Positions 50,276 to 59,099 of a stretch of 64,000 bases of DNA are shown one piece after another. The DNA is from an uncultured Acidobacteriota bacterium (GTDB taxonomy: Bacteria; Actinomycetota; Acidimicrobiia; Spongiisociales; ZC4RG35), in assembly GCA_963720925.1 (NCBI GenBank), contig CAVRHE010000012.1, positions 11,160 through 75,159 of the forward strand, written 5' to 3'. Each line of letters begins with the position of its first letter. Within the stretch, counting starts at the first letter, position 1. The translations under genes were made by a program, and so were the position numbers. The notes below the pieces were generated by a model. That model was not told the DNA's origin and searched no databases. It worked only from the letters and a program-made list of their open reading frames with translations.

Positions 50276-51052
50276 TCATGCCCGGAAGTCAGGCTTTCTC
50301 TTCTCGATGAAGGCCATGACGCCTTCCCGATGCTCGGGGGTCTTGCCCAGACGACCCTGCTCTTTCTGTTCAGCCTTCAAGGCTTCCTCGAGGGAGACGC
50401 TGGAGGCCTCTCTGATGAGACGCCTTGTGGCGACGAGGGAATCGGGGACGAGGTCCGCCAGCTGCCCCGCCAGCGACCGTGCTCGATCGAGCAGCTGATC
50501 ACCGGGCACGACATCGACACAAAGCCCCAGCTCACGGGCCTCATTCGCCCCGATGCGCCGGTTGGTGAAGGCGATCTCGAGTGCCCGGGAGACTCCGAGA
50601 TGGTGCGACAGCCACCACGTTGTCCCCGAATCGGGCACCAGACCGATGGCGGTGAATGCCGAGGTGAGAAAGGCTTCGTCGGCCATCACCCGAATGTCGC
50701 ATGCGAGGGCGAAGCCCAGCCCGGCTCCGGCCGCCACTCCATTGATGGCCCCGACGACTGGCACCTCGCAATCGAGCAGGGCTTGGAGAGCGGGGTGGAA
50801 CACCTCCTCGAGCAATCGTGAAAGGTCCGGCCCGTCGCCGCTCACATAGTCCGCCATCAGATCGTTGAGATCTGCACCGGAGCAGAACGCCTTGCCCGCC
50901 CCGGTGAGCACGAGGGCCCTCGCCTCTTCTCCGGCCCGGGTGGCTGCTCGGATCAGCCCCTCGCCGAGAGAGGCATCGATGGCGTTGTACCGGTCAGGCC
51001 GATTGAGGGTGACGATGGCCAGATCATCCTCGAGGACGTAGTCGACGCTCAT
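50276..51052 (-). CDS. Enoyl-CoA hydratase/isomerase (crotonase) family protein
   Basis: VTLNRPDRYNAI...LTGAGKAFCSGADL...PVVGAINGVAAGAGLGFALACD. Confidence 0.85.
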   Translation of the reverse strand: MSVDYVLEDDLAIVTLNRPDRYNAIDASLGEGLIRAATRAGEEARALVLTGAGKAFCSGADLNDLMADYVSGDGPDLSRLLEEVFHPALQALLDCEVPVVGAINGVAAGAGLGFALACDIRVMADEAFLTSAFTAIGLVPDSGTTWWLSHHLGVSRALEIAFTNRRIGANEARELGLCVDVVPGDQLLDRARSLAGQLADLVPDSLVATRRLIREASSVSLEEALKAEQKEQGRLGKTPEHREGVMAFIEKRKPDFRA

Positions 51053-51173
51053 TCTCCTCCTGGGCGGCGAAGGCTAACGGGCCGGAAAGCCAAGCAATGC
51101 CAGGTTTTTCGCCTATGGTTACTCGGACGTCACCAGATACACGGTGCCGAACGTCGACCCACAAGGAGGGGCC

Positions 51174-51467
51174 GTGAACAAATCCGAGATGGCGGACAAA
51201 CTCGCCGACAAGGCGGACATCTCCAAAGGCAAGGCCTCGGAGATCATCGACTACATCTTCTCCACGAAGGCGGGCGAGGGAATCATCGCCGCGGAGCTCG
51301 ATGCAGGCCGCAAAGTGAACATCACCGGGTTTGGCAATTTCGCCACCAAGCATCGCTCTGCCCGTCAGGGCCGCAACCCGGCCACCGGGGAGACCATCAC
51401 GATCGCAGCGAAGAGGTATGCCCACTTCTCCGCCTCGAAGGGCCTGAAGGACCGAGTCGCCGAGTAA
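51174..51467 (+). CDS. hup: HU-family nucleoid-associated DNA-binding protein
   Basis: GTG start 5 nt after AAGGAGG. MNKSEMADKLA...ITGFGNFATKHRSARQGRNPATGETITIAA. Confidence 0.9.
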   Translation: MNKSEMADKLADKADISKGKASEIIDYIFSTKAGEGIIAAELDAGRKVNITGFGNFATKHRSARQGRNPATGETITIAAKRYAHFSASKGLKDRVAE

Positions 51468-51488
51468 GCGCCCTCAACGGGATTCAAA

Positions 51489-51512
51489 GGGCCCCGTCAT
51501 CCGACGGGGCCC
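51489..51512 (+). terminator. Hairpin terminator after the HU gene
   Basis: GGGCCCCGTC-ATCC-GACGGGGCCC (10-bp stem) followed by ATTACTTT. Confidence 0.55.
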
Positions 51513-51527
51513 ATTACTTTGCCCCGC

Positions 51528-52314
51528 ATGAGCCTCGACTTCTGGCGCCCACCCGTTGCCATCGCCCATCGGGGCAGCCGCCTCCTCTGGCCAGAGAACA
51601 CGATGGAGGCCTTCTCCGGGGCTGTCGGCCTGGGATATCGCCACCTGGAGACGGATCTGCGGGTCACCGGTGATGGCGTTCTGGTCTGTCTCCACGACCC
51701 CACGGTGGACCGCACCACCGACGGGGCGGGAGCCGTCACCGAGTTCACCTTCGAGGAGCTTTCCAGGACTGGACGCAGGTTTCCGGCACATGGGCGTCGA
51801 TGGCCGCGTCTTCCGGGGCCGGGGGATCCAGGTACCCACCCTCGAGGAGGCTGTCCTCGCATATCCGGAGGTCTCCTTCATCGTCGATCTGAAGACCGAA
51901 AACCTGGTGGGGCCATTGCACGAATTGATCGAGCGCATCGGTCTGCACGAGCGGCTCATCGTTGGCTCCTTTTCCGATCGGAGGCTCCAGGAGTTCCGGG
52001 AGGCCTCGGGCGGCCGGGTCGCCACCTCCACCGGGGCAACCCTGGCCAGGTCCTGGCTCGTGGCATCGAGGGTCGGGCGGGGAGTCACGGGCGAGGCGTC
52101 GGCTCTTCAGCTTCCCCGCCATTCGAGGGGGCTTCGGGTGATCGACCGAAAGTTGATCGAATCGGCCCATGCCCACGGTCTCCAGGTGCACGTCTGGACC
52201 GTCAACAGCCGATCCGAGATGGGCGAGCTGCTCGATCTCGGAGTCGATGGGATCATCACCGACCGTCCCGATGTGCTCAAGGAGGTACTCGAGGGCCGAG
52301 GGCAATGGGATTGA
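51528..52314 (+). CDS. Glycerophosphodiester phosphodiesterase, frame disrupted near 51760
   Basis: AIAHRGSRLLWPENTMEAF...YRHLETDLRVTGDGVLVCLHDPTVDRTT in one frame, and ...IVDLK...VHVWTVN...GVDGIITDRP in ORF 51556-52314. Confidence 0.8.
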
Positions 52315-52357
52315 GGCGAGGAGTCCCTCCCCAGGGTGACAGGTACCATCGCGACTG

Positions 52358-52912
52358 ATGATCAGACTGGCCGCCGTTGTCCTTTTCGCGGTTGAGGTGG
52401 GGGCCGGCTTCGGATCGGCCTCGGCATCCGTGGTATCCATGACCGACCAGTCCATGATCGTCGACGTTCGCGTGGAGGTGGAAACCACAGCCGACTCGGT
52501 TGTCGTACATCTCGCCCTGCCCGACGAGGAAACGATCACCCTTCCGATGCTCGAGCGTGACGACGGGGCGTACGGAGTCACCACCGAGGTCAAGCCGGCC
52601 AACTACATCGTGATGTTCGAGGCGATCGGGGACCCAGGCGCCGAGTCGGACCAGGTCTCTCTCATCGATCTCGGTGTCGATCTGAGCTCGGCCTCGGACA
52701 CGACGACCACCGAGAGCGAGGAGCTGAGCGCCGGCACCCAGCAGTGGCTTTGGCTCGGCGTAGCGCTCGGGGCGGCATCTCTATCGGCTCTGGCTTTCTG
52801 GGTCCTGGGTGGGCGTGACCGGGATGAGGAGACAGACGAAGCGGAAGAAAGCCAGCAGACCGACCACTCCGAGCCGGCCCCATCCGGGGAGGAGCCGTCC
52901 CACGTTCCCTGA
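52358..52912 (+). CDS. Hypothetical secreted/membrane-anchored acidic protein
   Basis: N-terminal signal-like MIRLAAVVLFAVEVGAGFGSASA, a C-terminal TM WLWLGVALGAASLSALAFWVL, and an acidic tail. Confidence 0.45.
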   Translation: MIRLAAVVLFAVEVGAGFGSASASVVSMTDQSMIVDVRVEVETTADSVVVHLALPDEETITLPMLERDDGAYGVTTEVKPANYIVMFEAIGDPGAESDQVSLIDLGVDLSSASDTTTTESEELSAGTQQWLWLGVALGAASLSALAFWVLGGRDRDEETDEAEESQQTDHSEPAPSGEEPSHVP

Positions 52913-53426
52913 GCAGACCGACCGACAGACGATACGTGAAGCCGTCCCCTCCGACTCCCTCGGCGTGGCGCGAGTCCACGTCGCCAGCTGGCAACGGGCA
53001 TACGCGGGTCTCATCGATCAGGCGTTCCTCGACTCGATGGATCTGGAGAGCCGAACCGAGAGCTGGAGTCGGATCCTTCGCCAGACCAGGGGCCGCGTTT
53101 TGGTCGCCGAGGACGACGGAGTGATTGCAGGCTTCTGTGCGATAGGCCCTTCAACGGATGAGGACTGGGGCGAGGTGTACGCGATCTACCTGGACCCCGA
53201 TCGTTGGGGCCAGGGGGTGGGACGCGCCCTCCTCGCCGCCGGGGAGCGGGCTCTGCTCGACGACGGCCAATGGCAGGCGCTGCTCTGGGTTCTGGACCGG
53301 AATGTCCGGGCCCGGGCTTTCTACGAACGTCAAGGATGGGTGCCGGGGAAACCGATCCGTATCGAGAACATAGGGGGTGCTGACGTCAACGAGGCTCGCT
53401 ACGAGAAGGTTCTAGGGCGGCCCTGA
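52824..53426 (+). CDS. GNAT-family N-acetyltransferase (start uncertain)
   Basis: IREAVPSDSLGVARVHVASW...IYLDPDRWGQGVGRALL...ARAFYERQGW (acetyl-CoA motif A). There is no nearby canonical start codon, so the gene overlaps the upstream gene. Confidence 0.65.
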   Translation: MRRQTKRKKASRPTTPSRPHPGRSRPTFPEQTDRQTIREAVPSDSLGVARVHVASWQRAYAGLIDQAFLDSMDLESRTESWSRILRQTRGRVLVAEDDGVIAGFCAIGPSTDEDWGEVYAIYLDPDRWGQGVGRALLAAGERALLDDGQWQALLWVLDRNVRARAFYERQGWVPGKPIRIENIGGADVNEARYEKVLGRP

Positions 53427-54043
53427 CCACGTCGAAGTCGGCGGGAACCGTTACCTTCAGATTGCGGGGGTCCCCGGTCACCGCCTCGATATCGATCTCA
53501 GCGAACTTGCGTGCGATGACTGCAGTGTCCTGAGCCTCGTATCCGGCGATGGCGGCTGCGGCGTAGGCGACCATGAGTGGCTCGCCCCGGAAGACCTGAG
53601 GCGTTTGGGCGATGAATGCGTCCTCGACGGGGCCTCAGGTCAACCTTCCCCACCATCGGGCCTGACACCGCCAGGACCGGGATAGCCCCGCCGACCCGTG
53701 CAGCGGTCTCGAACAGCGTCTCTATCAGGTCGGCCGGGACCATCGGGCGCGCCCCGTCGTGAATCCCGACCAGCTCCGCCGGCTCGCCGATGGCCTCCAG
53801 GCCGGCCCGTTCGGAGGCAGTACGACTCGGGCCGCCTGCGACCAGGTCGGCACCAATGCCGAGATCGGTCAGAGCCGAGATCTGGTCAGGTCGGCAGACG
53901 AGGATGCAGCGATCCACGTGGTCGATCACGGCGGCCACGGTGTGAGCCACAAGGGGCCTGCCTGCCACGTTCAGCAGCATCTTGTCATCTCCAAATCTGA
54001 CGCTGCTCCCGGCGGCAACAACGACCATTACGCGATCGATCAT
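53386..54043 (-). CDS. ispD: 2-C-methyl-D-erythritol 4-phosphate cytidylyltransferase, frame disrupted near 53600-53640
   Basis: VVVAAGSSVRFG..DKMLLNVAGRPLVAHTV...IHDGARP in ORF 53498-54043. The C-terminal ...DTAVIARKFAEIDIEAVTGDPRNLKVTVPADF lies in ORF 53386-53574. Confidence 0.8.
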
Positions 54044-54392
54044 GGCTCGAGGGTACTTTTCGCCGGTGATCGCCTCTCAGACCTTGCTCCGCTTGGCGAC
54101 GACCACTCCGATCGTGGTTGTCGATCACCACGGTCTGCCCCTGGATCGCGAGCTCTTGCCGGAGGAGCTTCCCGTGCCAGGTCTGCTGGTTGGGATCGTG
54201 ACCGAGGCGGTCAAGCAGGTGAACGGCGGGAGACTCATCGCAGACCTCGACCGTGACTCGCTCTGGGCCGTCCGCGGCTTCGTCCTCGACATGACGATCA
54301 TCCAGGCCCTCGGGGATGGTGAATTCTCCGCGTCGGACCTGATTGGTGCAGTGAGTGCTGCCGGCTTTCGCTGGCGGCCAACCACCTTGTAG
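54042..54392 (+). CDS. Hypothetical protein resembling the C-terminal half of IspD-type cytidylyltransferases
   Basis: IVVVDHHGLPLDRELL...LLVGIVTEAVKQVNGGRLIADLDRDSLWAVRGFVLD parallels the IspD segment VHDAARP...PVxDTxKxV...TvDRxxLWxxQTPQxF by eye. It has no N-terminal glycine-rich CTP loop. Confidence 0.35.
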   Translation: MARGYFSPVIASQTLLRLATTTPIVVVDHHGLPLDRELLPEELPVPGLLVGIVTEAVKQVNGGRLIADLDRDSLWAVRGFVLDMTIIQALGDGEFSASDLIGAVSAAGFRWRPTTL

Positions 54393-54422
54393 GGGCTTGT
54401 ACTGCCCTATACGGTCGGTGGG

Positions 54423-54986
54423 ATGGTGGGGATGGGGAGATCTCCGGGCCGGTTCGGCGTAATCGCGGTCACATCTCCGGACCCGGTGTTGTCGTTGCTC
54501 TCCGCCTTGGGTCTGGCCCAGGCGGCGGGGAGCGCTCTGGTCATCGACATGTGCGGCGATCTGACGCTCGCCAGCGGACGGACCCTGTCCGATCTAGCCG
54601 CGGATGGGCCGTCCGCGTCCGAGCTCAGCCCCGGGCGGTCAGGCGTGGCGCTCATGTCGTCCGGGCCAATCGAGCCCATCGAGGCCTCGCCCCTGGTCGA
54701 CGCCCTGGCTCAGGGTTGGCCCGCCCTGGTGATCCGATGCTCGGCCGGGGTGTGGCCAGGCGCCAAGATCCCGGTCAGGCCCCTTCTCCCTGGTCTTCTC
54801 CGACCCGTCGAGGACAGCCCTGCCGTATGGCAGCCGATGGGGGCTGGAGCAAGGCCGAGCGGTCCGGGCCCGGTGCTTCCGCGTCTGAGCGGGTCTCTGG
54901 TCCGACGCCTTCTCTCGGGGAGGTCGGCGGTTCAGGCCCGCTGGGTCCGGGCCTGGGAAAGAGTCTGGGAGATGCCGTGGGCGTGA
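54423..54986 (+). CDS. Degenerate CpaE/Ssd-like protein of the Tad-like locus
   Basis: FGVIAVTSPDP...GSALVIDMCGD resembles a ParA/CpaE-like core but has no intact Walker A. It sits directly upstream of, and overlaps (GTGA), the secretion ATPase. Confidence 0.5.
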   Translation: MVGMGRSPGRFGVIAVTSPDPVLSLLSALGLAQAAGSALVIDMCGDLTLASGRTLSDLAADGPSASELSPGRSGVALMSSGPIEPIEASPLVDALAQGWPALVIRCSAGVWPGAKIPVRPLLPGLLRPVEDSPAVWQPMGAGARPSGPGPVLPRLSGSLVRRLLSGRSAVQARWVRAWERVWEMPWA

Positions 54987-56030
54987 TCGACCGGGTCATC
55001 GGAGACATCGCGGCGGGATCGGTTCCGTTGCGCCGGTCCGAAGTGAGCGCTGAAGCGGAACGCCTGCTCTCGATCGCCTCGCCCCGTCGCGCCGCAGAGT
55101 GGGCCGGGATCATCGCCGATCGGGTCCTGGGTCTCGGGCCACTCGAGCCACTGCTCGCGGACCCGACGGTGACCGACATCCTGGTCAACGGGCCTGATGA
55201 CATCTGGGTGGACCGGGGTGGCGAGTTGACACGTGTGGAGGCACGATTCGCCGGAGAAGCGGATCTCTACGCCGCGGTCGAGCGTGTCATTGCGCCGCTC
55301 GGCCTGCGAGTGGATCGATCGTCGCCGATGGTGGACGGCCGCTTGATCGACGGGAGCCGGATCCACGTCGTGATCCCTCCGGCCGCCGTCGACCATCCCA
55401 TCGTCGCTATCCGGCGCTTCACCAAGGCAGTCGGGTCACTCGAGGAACTGGTGACGGTCGGGACTGCAAGTGCGCGAACAGGCAGCGGTGCTCTCCAGGG
55501 CGGTGATGGAGAAACGAACCGTGATTGTCTCGGGCGGCACCGGTACCGGCAAGACCACGCTCCTCGATCTCCTGGCCGGTCTCATCCCATCGGAGGAGAG
55601 GGTGGTGACCATCGAAGATGCCGCCGAGCTGCAGATACCGGGCCACCGGGTGCGTCTCGAAGCCCATCCGGCGAACCCGGAGGGGATGGGCGAGATCACC
55701 ATCCGCCAGCTGTTGCGATCGGCGCTCCGCCTCCGCCCCGATCGGATCGTCGTTGGTGAGGTACGAGGCCCGGAGGCTCTCGACCTGATCTGGGCTCTCA
55801 ATACCGGTCACCGAGGCTCGATGTCCACCGTCCATGCCAACAGCCCACAGGAGGCGTTGTGGAGGCTGGAGACCCTCGCCCTTTCGGCCGGTGACACCTC
55901 GGAATTGGCCGTTCGCCGCCAGCTACATGCCGCAGTCGACATCGTGGTGCAGATGGAACGGCACGACGGCAACCGGATCATCTCCGACATGGCGATTGTC
56001 GGAAGCGAGGGTATCGAGGCGGGGCGGTGA
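54983..56030 (+). CDS. CpaF/TadA-type type II/IV secretion ATPase, frame disrupted at about 55465
   Basis: LGPLEPLLADPTVTDILVNGPDDIWVD...HVVIPP in ORF 54551-55759. Walker A SGGTGTGKTT, plus IEDAAEL and RLRPDRIVVGEVRG..ALNTGH, lie in ORF 55470-56030. Confidence 0.85.
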
Positions 56031-56670
56031 CCTGGGTGTTCATTGCGCTCGCTCTGGCTGCCGGGGTCGATTGGCGGCGTGTCGCGATTCTCACGCTGGC
56101 CGTGGCGGCCCCGGTTCCGCTGGCAGTTGTGATCACTGCCCTCTGGTGGCGGGCAAGACCGGTTCATTCCATGAGTGCGACCAGGTTCTGCGAGGCCGTG
56201 TCGGGAGAGCTTCGGGCCGGCGCCACAATCCGCGCCTCGGTGGAGGCCGCCGCGGACTTCAGTGGGGGCTGTCGAGATTTCCCGGTGCTGCCGGCAAGGG
56301 GCGCCTATGAACCAAATCGCCACTGGCGGCGAAGTCGGAGTTCAGCGAGATCGGCCCCGAGCTCGGGACGCTCTTGGCTCGTGCCGACGGGCTCGGCGGG
56401 TCACCGGCGGCATTGTTCGACGAGATCGGCGATCTGGCCATGGCGCAGGTGGAGGTTGCCCATGAGGTGTCGATCGCAACTGCTCCGGCGCGGACGACGG
56501 GTGCGGTTCTGCTCCTCGTTCCGATCCTCGCCATCGCTTGGGCCCTGACACGGGGCAGTATCGAGGGCCTCCTCCGGCAACCGGCCCAGCGAGCGGCAGT
56601 TCTGGTGGGGTTCGGTCTTGTTTGCGCGGGCATCACGCTGTCAATGCTGATTCTCCGTAGGGCCAGATGA
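56027..56670 (+). CDS. TadB-like type II secretion system F-family membrane protein, two frame disruptions (about 56268 and about 56310)
   Basis: Coding signal passes through three frames: ...LRAGATIRASVEAAADFSG / AVEISRCCRQGAPMNQIA / LAAKSEFSEIGPELGTLLARADGLGGSPAALFDEIGDLA...VPILAIAW. There is an ATGA-type overlap with the flanking genes. Confidence 0.55.
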
Positions 56671-57206
56671 GCGCCGTGGTGTCGGGCTCGATCGGGCTGG
56701 TGGTGGCAGGGCCGCCCGGCGCCGCTTTTGCGGTTTGTGTGTATGCCGCCTTCCGACTCCGGCATCGGCTCATGAAGCAGCCGAATCTCATCCGGCCCGT
56801 CCTGATAGTGCTCCTCGTCGAGCTTCGGTCGGGGCGTTCGGTGCTCGGAGCGCTCCAGACAGTCGCGACGGTATTTCCCGGCCAGCCCCAGCTGACCCGC
56901 GCCGCCCGGGTTGCCACGATCTCGGGCCTCAGCCAGGCCGCGCTGGTCGTGACTGGCGAGATGAAGGGAGTCCTCTCTCAACTTGCCCGAGCCCAGAAGT
57001 CGGGCGCCGCCCTTGGTGACGCGGTTCGGTCGATGATCGAGGCAGACATCGCCGCCGAGAAGGCGAGACGTATCGCCCGATCACGTTCGCTTCCTGTGCG
57101 GTTGATGCTCCCGATCACCCTGTTGCTCCTTCCCGGCCTCGTTCTCCTTCTCTACGCACCTTCGATGCTCCGGCTCTTCGAGGACCTGTCCGGGCCGTTG
57201 ACATGA
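56667..57206 (+). CDS. TadC-like type II secretion system F-family membrane protein
   Basis: LRSGRSVLGALQTVA...GAALGDAVRSMIEADIAAEKARRIARSRSLPVRLMLPITLLLLPGLVLLLYAP. Confidence 0.65.
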   Translation: MSAVVSGSIGLVVAGPPGAAFAVCVYAAFRLRHRLMKQPNLIRPVLIVLLVELRSGRSVLGALQTVATVFPGQPQLTRAARVATISGLSQAALVVTGEMKGVLSQLARAQKSGAALGDAVRSMIEADIAAEKARRIARSRSLPVRLMLPITLLLLPGLVLLLYAPSMLRLFEDLSGPLT

Positions 57207-57257
57207 GATCCGCACTTCTCCCCGCGCCGGTCGGAAACCGGAGGGAAAGGAGAGGAA

Positions 57258-57449
57258 ATGGCACGAATGCTGACCTGGCTTGGCACCCGCGACGACCGCG
57301 GGCAGGGGACGGTCGAGTACTTCCTCGTGATCCTCGCCGCCACCGCGTTGGCCGTCATCGCTCTGAGATGGCTGCAGTCGGGGAGCGGCGGAGGTCTCCT
57401 GGGGAGCCTGTTCGGAAAGGTGATCGACTGGGTGGCAGGACGATTCTGA
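57258..57449 (+). CDS. Flp-pilin-like / DUF4244 small membrane protein
   Basis: 63 aa. DRGQGTVEYFLVILAATALAVIAL has the G/TVEY processing-site-like motif plus a hydrophobic helix. A strong RBS GGAGGGAAAGGAGAGG lies upstream. Confidence 0.6.
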   Translation: MARMLTWLGTRDDRGQGTVEYFLVILAATALAVIALRWLQSGSGGGLLGSLFGKVIDWVAGRF

Positions 57450-57466
57450 GCGAGGAGCGCGGCTCG

Positions 57467-57811
57467 GTGACCGTGGAGCTGTTCCTCGTGCTCCCCATTG
57501 CGATTCTGGTACTGGTGGCGTCGATCCAGCTGATAGGGGTCGCCCGGGCACGGATCGAACTGCAGGGTGCTGTGCGGGAGGGGGCACGTGTGGCGGCGAC
57601 GACACCTGACCCGGCCAAGGCGGTCGAGGCGGTGCTCGCAGCTCTGAGCCCTGCGATGCGTGACCGGGCCCGCGTCTCAGTGGAGCGGCCCTCGAGGGTC
57701 GGCGCGGTGGCGACTGTCACCGTCTCCATGCGTCACGTGCTCGGCTCGCCGTTCCCACGCAGTCTCGGGCTCGATCTGTCTGCTCGGGCGACGATGCGAA
57801 CCGAGAGATGA
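57467..57811 (+). CDS. TadE-like pseudopilin (start uncertain)
   Basis: GSVTVELFLVLPIAILVLVASIQLIGVARARIELQGAVREGAR is a TadE N-terminal motif. Confidence 0.6.
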   Translation: MTVELFLVLPIAILVLVASIQLIGVARARIELQGAVREGARVAATTPDPAKAVEAVLAALSPAMRDRARVSVERPSRVGAVATVTVSMRHVLGSPFPRSLGLDLSARATMRTER

Positions 57812-58194
57812 TGGGCGAGCGGGGCGCTGGGACCATCCTGATGATCGGTCTCTGCGCCCTGGTCGCCGCCGTCGGTGTTGCCACGACCGCATTGGGCGTC
57901 CTGTTCGACGCTCGTGAGAAGGCGGCAACGGCTGCGGAGGCAGCCGCTCTCGCCGCCGCGGTTGCCACTTATCCGCCTGCCGGCGCCGCGGATCCGGACG
58001 ACCTCGCGGCGGAGTACGCGTCCCGCAACGGGGCGCGGGTGGTGAGCTGCTGGTGCCGCGTCGACCCCACGCTTCGGTCGCGGGTGGTGGCGGTCACCGT
58101 TGCGTTGAAGGCCGAAGTACCGATTTTTGGAGAGGTCCTGGTGGGAAAGACGGCACGAGCAGAGTTCGAGCCCCGAGCCTGGCTGGGCAGGTGA
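57808..58194 (+). CDS. Rv3654c-family TadE-like protein
   Basis: ERGAGTILMIGLCALVAAVGVATTALG...AAAEAAALAAA...YASRNGARVVSC. ATGA overlap with the previous gene. Confidence 0.6.
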   Translation: MMGERGAGTILMIGLCALVAAVGVATTALGVLFDAREKAATAAEAAALAAAVATYPPAGAADPDDLAAEYASRNGARVVSCWCRVDPTLRSRVVAVTVALKAEVPIFGEVLVGKTARAEFEPRAWLGR

Positions 58195-58223
58195 GCCGCG
58201 CAATTCGTTAGGTTCGCGCGGCT

Positions 58224-58595
58224 GTGTCAGACCTGCAGCGGGTCAACCGTTTCATCGAGGCGCTGGAAGCTCGTGACTGGGAGGCTTGGGCCGCCCTGCT
58301 CCATCCGGATGTCGTCTATGAGATCCCACAGTCGAGGGAGCGAATCAGGGGACGTGACCGGTACCTCCAGTTCAATAAGGAGTATCCCGGCGATTGGCAC
58401 CTCCGTCTCAAGGTGTCCATCGCCGACGCCCGTAACGGGGTCGCCTGGTTCGGGTGGGAGGTCGAGGGCTCGGAGCCAGCCGACGGAATTGCCTTCTTCA
58501 CCTTCTCAGAAGGACTCATCACCTCGATCACAGATTTCTGGCCCGAATCCTATGACCCACCGCCAGGGCGCGAGCATCTCGTCGAGCGTTGGTGA
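58224..58595 (+). CDS. SnoaL/NTF2-like family protein
   Basis: VNRFIEALEARDWEAWAALLHPDVVYEIPQSRERIRGRDRYLQF. Confidence 0.7.
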   Translation: MSDLQRVNRFIEALEARDWEAWAALLHPDVVYEIPQSRERIRGRDRYLQFNKEYPGDWHLRLKVSIADARNGVAWFGWEVEGSEPADGIAFFTFSEGLITSITDFWPESYDPPPGREHLVERW

Positions 58596-58596
58596 A

Positions 58597-59076
58597 ATGG
58601 CAGGAAGTACCAGGGCCACCGTTGTTCTCGACGACGCCGGCGCGATCTACCAGGTCCATCGTTACGACGTCGCCGAGAAGGTGGGGGCCGGCTACGGGGA
58701 GGCTGTCGCAGCCGCCATCGGGATGGGACCTGCCCGGGTTTTCAAGACCCTGGTTGCTGAGGTGGACGGTGAGCCCGTGATCGCCGTGATCCCGGTCGAT
58801 CGACGTTTGTCGACGAGGAAGCTGGCGCGTGCCGTCGGTGCCAAGCACTGCTCGCTCGTGTCGCCCGCAATCGCCGAGCGAGAGACCGGCTACGTGACCG
58901 GTGGGATCAGTCCGTTCGGACAGCGCAAGAGGCATCGGCTCGTCCTCGACTCCTCGGCGAGGGACCACGAGACGATTGCTGTGTCTGGAGGACAGCGAGG
59001 GCTCCAACTGGAGCTGTCTCCGCAAACCCTCCTCGCTCTCACCGACGGGTCTATCGCCGTCATAGTCGACGACTGA
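58597..59076 (+). CDS. ybaK: Cys-tRNA(Pro)/Cys-tRNA(Cys) deacylase YbaK
   Basis: YGEAVAAAIGMGPARVFKTLVAEVDGEPVIAVIPVDRRLSTRKLARAVGAK...TGYVTGGISPFGQRKR. Confidence 0.8.
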   Translation: MAGSTRATVVLDDAGAIYQVHRYDVAEKVGAGYGEAVAAAIGMGPARVFKTLVAEVDGEPVIAVIPVDRRLSTRKLARAVGAKHCSLVSPAIAERETGYVTGGISPFGQRKRHRLVLDSSARDHETIAVSGGQRGLQLELSPQTLLALTDGSIAVIVDD

Positions 59077-59099
59077 GGCCGGATCTAGGCTCGCGTCTC

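Noticed and set aside
50412-50445. Hammerhead-like CTGATGAG...GACGAGGGAA string
   Set aside because: It lies inside the enoyl-CoA hydratase coding region. Stem II does not pair cleanly (GACGCC versus GGCGAC) and the CGAAA core is absent.
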